Positions 1 through 64,000 of a stretch of 64,000 nt of DNA are shown here, in pieces. A program made the position numbers and the translations under genes. The first letter of the stretch is position 1, and each line of letters opens with the position of its first letter. The notes beneath the pieces are model-generated. The model was given only the letters and a program-made list of their open reading frames with translations, did no database searches and was not told the origin of the DNA. The stretch covers positions 62,598,788-62,662,787 of the forward strand of contig CM120640.1 in the NCBI GenBank assembly GCA_051362555.1. The letters run 5' to 3'. The stretch is from Lingula anatina (lineage: Eukaryota; Animalia; Brachiopoda).

Positions 1-329
1 TGTACTGTATGTCAAGTTATTTTTCTTTCAAAAACAAAAAAGAATGTGTAAAAAAGCTAAAAATGTTGGATATCAACAGAAACTCTGGTGCCCTTATTTG
101 ACGAAAAAACCAACTTCCTATTTTTCTGCAAACTTTAAATCAAAAGATCAGTCTCAAGATTTGTGGAAAACTGATGCATGGAGCAAAGCATTCGGTGACT
201 AATGGAATTTCTGCCCCAATCTCTGAAAAGATACCTTTATGTGACATTCCTTTTCAAGAATAAGACCGAAATACATTTGTGACACTTTTTGTTGCACCAG
301 CCCCACACGCTGTCAATGATGACAACAAC

Positions 330-900
330 AATAATAATACTGATAAACGGGTGTTGTTGCGTGAGGAAAGGGGGAAAGAATAAGTACATGTACCTCCCCA
401 AGTTTCGAATGAAATCCACGTCAGCCGGACCTCAAAACAAAACTCGGCATCTGGTCATTTGGATATGGACGATTTTGCCTCGTTTTACTTGTTATAATGT
501 TTTTGGGGAGGGAAAAGGTATACTATCTCCGGGCTAAAGGGACACAAGACACACTCCCCCACCCCCCGTTCCAAGGAATCAGCGATGCCTACATTGATTG
601 AAGACGAGGCTGTGTCAAAATGGCGATGAGTGGAAATGTTTCCCGGCTTCCGAAATCAGGTTTTTATGACCACATTGTGTTGTGTAGTTAATACATATTT
701 ACAAAATCTGTCGATAATCAACGCAGCATTCCCATTGCTATCGGAAACACGTTAAAGTAGGCGCGGGAATAGGTGGGAGGGTGGTTGACGCCGACCGGTT
801 GACGCTTGCATGAATGCTGTGCTGTGTATTTTGAAGGGTGATTATCACGGTAGAGTCTACCATCGTGGGGTCGTGGGGGGGGGGGGGTTAAGGGGCCATC
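330..900 (+). promoter_or_regulatory. CpG-richer promoter/first-exon region of PCNP
   Basis: Many CG dinucleotides relative to the CpG-poor gene bodies. AAAATGGCG (YY1-like) overlaps the ATG at 620, and G-runs lie at about 866-896 in intron 1. Confidence 0.55.
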
Positions 901-2505
901 TCATTACCATTAATAACATATCGTTTCAAAGAGTTTTGGTTGTCCAAGTTTCATTTTTTCATTTCGTTATTTTTACACCTAACTTGTTGTTTCAACTCTC
1001 CCAGTATTTCACATTGGCCAGGGCAAGAAGAAGCAGACAAAACACATGCAGCAAAAGACCTGGCAGAAAAAAGGCGGTCTTCAGATCAGGCATCAGATGT
1101 TCCACCAAAGAAAAAAGTTGCAGTGGATGCAAATAAGCCTATCAGTATTGGGTTTGGGACTAAAACACCTCTAGATTTGCAGACACAGCAGTGTCTTGGA
1201 AATGGTGACACTCCCAAAGAACAGAATACTCAGCAGCAGTGCAAACCAGCAGGCCCCATTAAAATGAATCTAGGAGGTGTCAGTCTAACAAAGAAACCTG
1301 TACCTCCTATCAAAATGGCTCTAAGCACTTCAGCTGTAAGTATATATGCATTGGATCATTTCAGTGCATGCTTAACAAATAAAGTGTAGTTTTTTTTACG
1401 TAGATTTTCATCATTTTAACATTGATATTGTAAAAAAAATTAGGTATGTCACTAATTTTATTGACATTTAACTGCATGACTAACTGAGAAAGACTGAAAT
1501 GGCTGGACTTATGAGCAGTGGCATCTAAACACTATAATAAATAAACTACTACATTACATGCACATTATTTACTTATCCTGGGAATCTTGTTCTAGAAACC
1601 AAAGGCCAGTGTGACTCCTATTACACAGACAGTCAAGAAAAGTAAAGCAGTAGCACAAGCATTTAACCAAGATGATGAGGTAAGTACTTATATTTTGATT
1701 CTCTTCACTCTGATGACTTGAATGACAGTTGTCTTGTTTAGTAAGATGTCTATTCTCCAGGAAGATACGAGATAAATAAATAAACAAGTAAATTTGTTTT
1801 AATAAATACATGAATTAAATAAAAAATGAATAAAAGAAAACACTAGAAATTGCAGAAGCTACAATTGTTCTCAATCCTATTGACAGAGCTGTTTAAAGTG
1901 AGTTGTTTGGTAATAAAAATAAAAGGATGGATATCATTAATTTTGTCTTTCATATTTTAAATTTATATTATCTTTTATAAATTTGCAGAGCGATGAAGAT
2001 GAGATGCCTCCTGAGGCCAAAATGAGGATGCGTAACCTAGGACGGTAACAGAAATTCATTTTAAGAACATCATGAAAATCAGTTTCCTGTGTTTGTCATT
2101 TGAAATGCTTCAAAACAGATACATCCCCACCCCCACACCTCAAAAAAAGACTATAATTGAAAAATATTTTTATGTGAGTAACTATAGACTAAAAGACATG
2201 TTATAGCTCATGATCATTCATTGGAACTTTCTTTGCAGATTCATGTTCATTGAGAAGTTCTAACAGCACAAGTAGAAAATATTAAGTTGTGTTTAGTGAA
2301 ATTCTCATTGAGTAGTGCACACAACAAACTAAAAACTGTTTATGAACCTTACTTATATATTGTTGACACTCATTCTTTCAGAGATACACCCACTGCTGCT
2401 GGACCTAACTCATTTGGCAAAGGACAATATGGCTTCTGTGATAGACGGAAAATGATGGAAAAAGAACTTAAAAAACAAATGGATGATGTTGCTCCTAAGG
2501 ACTAG
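620..2505 (+). CDS. PCNP: PEST proteolytic signal-containing nuclear protein; join(620..659,1022..1335,1596..1679,1989..2044,2382..2505), 205 aa
   Basis: Spliced translation contains AVAQAFNQDDE|SDEDEMPPEAKMRMRNLGR|DTPTAAGPNSFGKGQYGFCD, the PCNP family signature. All four introns are GT-AG with consistent phases (1,0,0,2); total 618 nt. The start exon (AAAATGGCG) is the least certain part. Confidence 0.93.
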
Positions 2506-5500
2506 AATGATTGTTTCCAAAACAATTAGTTTGTTAAATTTTTCTTTTAGCATTCAGCTGAATAGTACATCCCCACATACCCTCCATTTTAAAGGCTTGT
2601 TTCCATCTCCACCAGAGAATGAAAGCTCATGCTAGCATATAATATTTGAGCTGAATGCTAAAAAATCAGTTTCTTTGGCTAAAGGAAAATAAAGAAGTTT
2701 GATAATATAATGTTAATTGAATTATGGGTGAAGCAAAAAGATGTACTAGTAACCCATGAATTGATGTAAATATAGGGGCATGTAGATGTTGAACATCTAA
2801 TGAAGAGCCAGTAGCATTAATGCATTTACTTATTTATTGGTAGTACAATGTATGTATATTGTATCAGACTACCATTCCATTTTATCCCATTATTAATATG
2901 GTAGCTATGACTATACAACTTGGAGACTGACATGATTGTTAGGGCTAGTCATGGATCCAGTTCATTGTAATACGCTGTCACCTTTGTACTGTTATGTGCT
3001 AGATGTTTGTCTTTGTCACAAAAAAGTTAGCATTTACCACTTTACTTCCTTTGATCATCATTCATAAGTGTGATACAAATTGCTGATCCATTTCTGTTCA
3101 CTTCCATGCTGTCAGTGTGGGTGGTAAACAGAACTTAATGAATTTGCAAAGCAGGTATTTAACTAGTACTTTTTAAAGTAAAAGATGTATTGTGTCATTA
3201 CATAAGAGAATCAAGTTTTTTTAAGTGGAGAAGTCTTTTGTCTTTGGCAGTGGTCAACTCGGTTGATGTAACATGTTAACATAAAAGGGTGATGGAAGAG
3301 ACTGATAATGAAAAAGATGTTAAAAATATCAACCACATTTGTTTTGGGACCAGTAAAAGTTCATAGGTTTGAATGCAATTAAGTTCTGTCGTCTTTTAAA
3401 AAAATACAGTGGTTATTATACCTAATTAATTGCCATGATGTAGGCAATCCTGAAGGAGTGTCTTTGTTACAGAGGGAAGGTGGCAAATGCACCAAAAAGA
3501 TGACAAAATAAACATTTTTAGTTTATCAAAGTTGTTTGAAACATTAATGAAGAGAAACTTCTGTCGTTTCATGCACCACCTCTCCATGTCACTGCTCTGC
3601 CTTCCCACAATACTATGGTGTCTTGAAAATTGCTTAGAATTTTCCCCCTTTAAATTGTGAAGATCACATACATTGCTCATTTTCCCCATATGGTTCATCA
3701 CAGAATCAAAAATGTACAAAACTGGATGACAAAATTGGGTGATGTGATTGGTACAAAGTTGGGGTATTTATGCTTTCAGCACTTGGTGATTATATCATCT
3801 AAATCTGTACCGGATATGGGAAATTGGAATGAATTACCAAGTCTACCTGCCTTTCTGATGGGGATTTTTTTAAATATATTTTTTTTAAAAATGCTTGTGC
3901 TTTATCTGGATCTAAATTGCAACTATAAGTTTTGAAAATGTGTATTTTTCAATGACTATATGTATCGTATGTAATTGTGCAGCTTGCAACTGGCAGGTAG
4001 ACCCATTGTTGCGAGTGAGTGCATTTGTTCCTTGTTTAAAAACGTCCACTTATACAGCATCATTATCTATCCTTTTCTCTTTGGAGTCTTATCAAAAAGG
4101 AATTGACCTCTGTATTCCATGTTTTTTACAATGAAGCAATTTGAAATTTATTTCGATTAAGAAACATTGTGAAGTTATCTGTTTGGGTATTGTTTGGTAG
4201 AAGTACATCATAAGGCAAGTACTTATCATCACCCATATTTCAAGTACTTACATGGCTACCCTCCCTTCCAGTGGACAGTGCTAGTATGAAATTTAATCCC
4301 ATTTCTGAACTGTGAGCTTTTTACTCTGAAGCTCATATAAATGACGTTCATTTAACAACACTGAATTTTTAAATTCAATATTCTTTATTATCTTTTTATA
4401 ACTTAAATCTGTACACCTGACCATATGTACCCTCGACCATTCACACTGACAGGCTATATAAGCAAGAACAGAACATGTAACAGAATATACACTTCCACAA
4501 CTTCAGGTAACAAAACATGAAACAACAATAACAAATCCCTGTACTTTATAAGACTACAAATTGGACACAAAAATTGTCAATCTCCATTTCTGACATGTTA
4601 CATGTAAACCATATCAATTGATTGCAAATGAAATTCCTTGTGAAAAAATAACAAGTATAAATAACAAATGTCAGTTTGCTGATGAAAAAGGATTTTTTTA
4701 GAAATAGCTAAATGCAATCTGACACTGAAGCAAAACTGAACTAAAACCAAAATTGAAAAGAATTGAAATGCATTCACAAATATAACCCATAGTACCCATT
4801 TCATGCCCAGCATGTATCAGATTCCTTTTATTAAATTTTTTAATATATAGATATTACTTCCATCAGCATTTCTATAGAATGGATGATGCTCTGCAACTTT
4901 TTCAGCAATGTCATTGGCTCTAGTACTAAGAACATCTACAGGCCATTTGCACCAAAATGAGTACCTAACTGATGAATTTTTACCCTTCATCAGTGCAACA
5001 GAGACATTTTTTTCTGTTAAGATAAATATTCCAATTCGATACCAACCTACACCCATTTACACTTATTTAGAAGACCTGTAACCAAGGACTCCTCCTACAG
5101 ACATTTCAATAAAGTATCTTACGTGAGCTCCAGCCACCTGGAAATGAGGCTAATTCCACAATATGCTAGACTCCAAGTTATACACACAACCTATCACCTA
5201 GTTGTCTTTAAACTTTGAAAATTACAATCTGTTTTTTGCCTCTTCATTAAGTCCCTGCACTCTGAGCAATTTGATATGTGCAAATAATATAAACTAAAGA
5301 TCTAGTGCAGCATTTTCTGTGGTAAACATACTTAAAGAAATGAATTCTTTGTGCAGTGCTACAGTAAACAATCTCCATCATGATAATGAAAGTCATCAGT
5401 ACACAACTGCGCCCAGGTTAAAGAACCAGCTAATTTCAAAATGGATTAGGTAAGTGTCACACCAAATTTGGTGCAGCACGTGAGAAATGGGTCTCTGTTG

Positions 5501-5637
5501 GCAGTTTGTTCAAATAATTGTGATATTTAACTCTCCTCCATCTTAAACTTTGTTCAGTGGGTAAATATAAACTGTGTATACAAGTGAGTTATAAAGATCA
5601 TCTCAGAGTACTTCTAGGAACACCTAGAATTAATGTT

Positions 5638-59082
<53,445 letters not shown>

Positions 59083-59099
59083 AACGCATTGGTATATAT

Positions 59100-59300
59100 G
59101 TGTATTTAGCGTCTACCTAACTATATTCACTTTTCTTAACACATCCATTATAAACACAGAGACAACTTGCGGCACACTTCACGCTCACTCGGAAAGTACA
59201 GTCAACTACTGACATTTCCACTGCGCGCGCACTACTGCGCCATCTGACGTCATTTTGGGGAAACCCTCCACTTCGCGGAATAAAACGATTCCGCCATCAA
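59100..59300 (-). promoter_or_regulatory. CpG-rich promoter of the SAMD5/SASH1 gene
   Basis: Perfect CRE TGACGTCA at 59245-59252, palindrome TGCGCGCGCA (NRF1-like) at 59222-59231, and two CGCCAT (YY1-like) motifs, 140-215 nt upstream of the ATG. Confidence 0.6.
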
Positions 59301-59614
59301 AGAAAAAACAAATAAATAAATTGACAAACAATGATTCACCACCTGCCTTAATACCTATTCCTGCTACATAATGTTTATGCCTCATTCAAGTTTTGCGTTT
59401 GAGAAAAACCAATGAAAACAGAATCATTATTTGAGAAGTGCTTACAATAGCGCGTTATGCAGAATCCTCGTGTAGCCTCATGTTTGACTTGAAGACCATT
59501 GTAGGCCTCAGATTATTACATCTATGGAAATGGCAAAGTACTTTCACAACTCAAGTTCAGGATAACCAATGCGACAGAAATATATGCAACAGTTTTGTAT
59601 TTTTATACAGCCAT

Positions 59615-59782
59615 CAGGCCCGTAGCCAGCAATTTCAAAAGGGGGGTTCTTTTTCTGAAAAAGTGGACCTTTTTCCATAAAAACTTCATGTACCTAGAGC
59701 AAATTTTAGCCAGAGTGGACCTTTTCCCAGCAAAAGGGGCGGTTCTTTCGAACCCCCCGAACCCCCCCTGGCTACGGGCCTG
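59615..59782. mobile_element. 168-bp MITE with CAGG termini (hAT-like) and 5-bp TSD
   Basis: Perfect 15-bp TIR CAGGCCCGTAGCCAG / CTGGCTACGGGCCTG; GCCAT at 59610-59614 and 59783-59787; internal duplicated AGTGGACCTTTT. Confidence 0.85.
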
Positions 59783-61397
59783 GCCATGTTATACTTTTCA
59801 CTTCATTACATCCCAAATCATGTGTGTGAATTCTGCATGAACATGAATGTTATTAATAGCTTGCATCCTTAGGCAAAATCATTTTTGCATAATTTACAGC
59901 CCTACACATTTGTTTTTTGACTCAGTCCCAAAGAGTCATACCCTTGAGGGAGCATCAGCTATGGTCTTAATGACCATTAAACTGAATTTATGATTAGCAA
60001 TATATTGCTCTCAGTAAAATACATTCAGTTCATCAAGGCAACAGGCTGCAGTGGTCAGCTTCCAATTTAAATTAATTTAGAGTTTGAATTTCTAAAATAA
60101 AAACTGACATTTTTTGACATATGAAGTTTGACACCAGATCAATATGTGCGCAAATGAGTTCTTCGTATATTGTGTTAGGTGTCCCTTCAACAGGTCAGCC
60201 CATTGTTTTCAAGAACTGATTGCTGTCAAATTCCAGCAGTTTTTTCAATTTCATCAGGCAGACAACCCAGGGTTTTCTTTCAACCAGAAAGAAGAAAAAT
60301 GGCCTCAGCGTAGGGTGTATTCATCTAGTGTATTCATCTTTATTCATGTGGTATGGTGATACAGTCCCCTGGAGAGTTAGATATGTCACTAGAGTTGACA
60401 TCCTCAAATCATAAATTGATAAAATTTGCAGTGCTTTAATATCAAAAAAATTTAGTAGACAAAAGCAAAGCTGATCATATTTCAAACTGTTGCATTAAGT
60501 ATCATAGTCAAGCATGAGACAATAATTAACATGATGTGTATTTTGTCTGATGCATATGAACAGCAATACCAACAATACCTTATTTCTATTCTATGCAATA
60601 TCGTAGGTTTTTAGAAGTTGTATACTCAGTCTGAAGGAAACTTTTTAAATATGTAGAGGAAGCAGTGAAATATATGTTGTAACTAAAATGATTTTACACC
60701 TGCAAAGGGAAGTACAAAGTTCGGTTATATAAATACATATAGCCAATTCTGTAAAAAAAACTCAAATACTAATAAATTAAACTATGCGAACATGTCAAAT
60801 TACTTTGACATATACATTAATAACAAGTAACTGCAAATTCAGATATTTCAAGGTGCATCAGTTATTTCATGTCTTAACTATGGGTGATCTATCTTAAATG
60901 AGTCATATAATAAGTGGTGTAGAAAAGCAACATTTTTGGGTTCTATTTACGATATCTGAAAACAAAATAATATAATTTTGTAAGTGAACTACATTGAATT
61001 AATCAATAAAAAAACTGCATTCTAGGAAACTTGTCAACTTTTAATTGCTATGCAATCAATTTTTCAAAGGAAAAAGATATATATATAGAAACCACTTATT
61101 ATATAATATGAAAACAAGTGCAGGGAAATAATAATTCAGATTCATAAGTTATCACCACATATAAACATTTGCCCCCACTTAGGGTGTTGCCCCCTGACTG
61201 GATGAAAACTTGTATCTTGCAGGTTTATGCCCCCTTACAACTTATGTCACAGTGAGCAAACACAAGCAGAAACAGCTCAAAAATGACTAATAAGAAGCCA
61301 CTTAAAAACACAGGCACACTTGATAACACTGTGGCTGATGTTGGTCAACTTATTAACCTAGAGTAATTCTTTTGTTAAGGTGTCTGATCAACTGTAA

Positions 61398-61579
61398 GGC
61401 CGCATTAACAATAGTGGCTTAACTACTCCATAGATCAAATATGGTGACCCACTTAAAAGCTTGCCATCTAACCCACTAATGGACAATGAATAGATTCCCT
61501 GCTAGGATTACGCAACAAGCATTCAAGTGGGTCGGCCATATTTGATTCACGGACCAGTATTTCTGAAACTATGTGAACC
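61398..61579. repeat. Degenerate inverted-repeat element (old MITE?)
   Basis: ~30-bp inverted arms at 61434-61463 and 61516-61546 (ATCAAATATGG..GACCCACTT.AA.GCTTG). The left end TAA-GGCCGCATT resembles Harbinger TIRs; the right end is decayed. Confidence 0.5.
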
Positions 61580-62214
61580 TTAGTGAACACTACTAGTTTT
61601 ATTATTAAAGGCAAAAATTGAAGTAAAGTGTAAGCTTTATGTATCTGAGAGAGATGGCATCAGCATATAATATACTATTCTCATTGTCTAACAGTGGCAA
61701 TGACCATTTGAGAAGAGATTAACATTTGGATGACAAATCTAGAGACGACTTCGCACAAGACTTTCAAAGTAAATTGTTACAGCCCTGTCAAATTTTGTAT
61801 GGGCCAGTCTACAACTATTTAATTCCTTAAACACTTGAGATCAGAAAAGCCACACATAATCTTTTAACAGTAGTATTACCTTATGGAAATGTAGACAACC
61901 TTCTTCTGCAGACATTTTAAGATATTCAAAAGATTTAACGACCAGTTTTTCTGAGCTGTGTTTCTTCTGCCCAGTTGTTGTTTTCTCAAATGTGAAGGCA
62001 AGAGCTCTTGATGACATGAACTGCACTCCCAAAATCTTCTTGTACTAGAATCCGTAACAGAACCTGAACCTGTGAAGCTTGACATGCATTCATAAGTACA
62101 TCTTAAAAACTCATCTAGCCTTAATGTCATGACTTTTTGTCACAGTTTATCTTTTATGCTGACTGTTTCGTCATCTCATTCTGATTTCTGTTTTTGTCTG
62201 AAAAATTCCAATTA

Positions 62215-62390
62215 TCACTCATACATATCAGCATACATGTCTTGTCCCATTTTGATGAAGGTTTCTTTTTCAGAGGGTGTCATCTGGTGTACCATATCAT
62301 CTGTTACCTCATGGAATGGGATCTTTTTGTCACCTATTGTCACCATAGGCTCAGCCTCATCATCCTCATCACTTTCCATTTCATCAACAG
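62215..62390 (-). CDS. GTF2E1: Last coding exon of general transcription factor IIE subunit 1 (TFIIE-alpha); upstream exons not identified in this window
   Basis: Acidic run followed by PMVTIGDKKIPFHEVTDDMVHQMTPSEKETFIKMGQDMYADMYE*, matching the TFIIE-alpha C-terminal acidic domain (QMTPEEKEAYI.MGQ.MF.D.FE); TTCTTAG| acceptor, phase 1. Confidence 0.88.
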
Positions 62391-64000
62391 CTAAGAAATA
62401 GAAAATATATGGTATATAAATCAAACATTATATCTTTTCATTTATTTCTATTCTTTGGAATTGACTAAAAATAAATTAATGAAAATTTAAGAGGTAAGAA
62501 ATGCAAACAAATAGATGTAATGTCTTCATCATTTATAAACCAAATTATTTTCTTTCTCACTTCAGAGTTTTGTATGAACAATTATATTGAAAGATCAAAT
62601 AGATTTTTTGAAATTATTCAAAAACAATCTTGGGCTGGGGTGGACTTTCAATGTACTAAGAAAGATCAAGAAAATAAGTTTTTTTTCTACCCTAGAATAC
62701 TACCCTGGAATAAAATCCAAAGTTTACTCATCACAGTGGAATGCGACATCTACTAAATTTACAAAAATATTTTATGCATTGTAACATTTTGCAAAATAAC
62801 AGCCGGAATAACAGTAATTTCCAATCTCATTTATCAGTAACCTCACAGACATGAAGTCTAAACATCCTGTTATCAATGACACCATCACACCTTTCATCGC
62901 GTTCATCTAAGCCACAAGAGCACCCCTCACGTCACCTTTATCAAGTGTTAAGACCACATGACAAGATCCCCTATTAACATACGTGACCACAGATGATGGG
63001 ACAAGATGTGCACCAGGGTGACAGTTTCACTGGTTTACAAAAGATACCTGGTATTAATACTTTACATGGTAAAAACTGGGTTTCTGTTAAAGTATTTATC
63101 AATTAATAAAGTTATCAGAATACCACATATCTGCAAAATTAGCCCCCCCCCCCACCCCCCCCAATGCAGGAAAACTAATGTTTTTTTTTCTTTTTCATAA
63201 TTTCAGGTTATTTGCATTGATCATTCTAATCTAGGACCCTCTAGATAAATTTGTTTTTGGATCATAGTTGTAATAAAATTGCCCAAGTCACCAAGGGCGG
63301 GACCAGCTGATACATAGACAGCTATTATCTATTCTTATCTACATGTTTATCTTCATCAAAATTCTTTTCAACAAAATGCTTTCAAATGGAAAGGGGTAAG
63401 TAAACAGTTACACCCTCATAAGTCTCAATAAGGGGCAATTATTGTTAGGTGGGGTTATGCTTAGCATACTTTTTGCATGTAACAACATCTGCTGTAGTTA
63501 TTTCCAGCTCTAAAATTATTTGTATGCATAATTTTGGTGTGTTTTCTTGTATTTATGGAACATAACATTACCAAAAGATGGTGTTAAGTGCAAAAATATT
63601 ACTTTTTACTTTGCTGAAGTAACCAAATATATTTCACATATCACTCCCACTTTTTTTTATGAAAATCGCATTGTACAAAATTAATGTCTCCATAACACTG
63701 AAGAGAAATTTTAATGCTTGTGAAAAAAGTTCATAAACGTGACAGTGATGTGCGGTGAATATACTGAACAACCTTGTCAAACAATGCAGAAATTGAATGG
63801 AATATATCTGTGCATCACAATGAGGAAACAGTAGTCCATCTGCCTGACTTCTGGTTACAAAAAATGTGAATAACAAGAAAAACAAGATACTGAAATATGA
63901 AACATTAACATGCACTATTCCATGTCTAGACTTCATGTCTCTCTCAAAAGGATGTAAAAAATGTAACATACTTATCAGTTCATAAATCATACATCTTAGG

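Noticed and set aside
62558-62738. Minus-strand GTGATGA ... CTGA with a CACT/AGTG terminal stem in the GTF2E1 intron (C/D snoRNA-like)
   Set aside because: About 170 nt long with an AT-rich interior, no recognisable rRNA/snRNA guide or C'/D' boxes, and atypical distance to the acceptor; likely chance.
63634-63990. 118-aa minus-strand ORF as a possible GTF2E1 exon
   Set aside because: Phe/Leu/Ile-rich translation typical of T-rich intron DNA, with no TFIIE-alpha similarity.

Overview
Eukaryotic, AT-rich, intron-containing animal DNA. It looks like an invertebrate, possibly lophotrochozoan, but the taxon is an inference. Three genes can be built by hand from GT-AG sites and reading-frame phases. 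(1) PCNP, + strand, 5 coding exons at 620-2505, 205 aa. (2) A ~53-kb minus-strand gene (59082-5638) whose 19 exons join in one frame to ~2209 aa. Its first exon is a complete SAMD5-like protein, and the rest is a SASH1/SLy-family scaffold (SLY region, SH3, SAM1, long disordered linkers, C-terminal SAM). (3) The last exon of GTF2E1 (TFIIE-alpha), - strand, 62390-62215. The most notable observations concern the SAMD5+SASH1 gene. A ~60-aa helical module occurs twice with the same phase-0 intron, and the N-terminal copy is split exactly where vertebrate SAMD5 and SASH1 appear to separate. There are also candidate internal first exons, a candidate intronic poly(A) site giving a SAMD5-only product, and a cluster of SxIP (EB1-type) motifs. 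Introns carry several MITEs with clear TIRs and TSDs, a LINE 3' remnant, local tandem duplications and one unexplained decayed coding-like island near 51-52 kb. Homologies are recognised from memory of the protein families; no searches were run.
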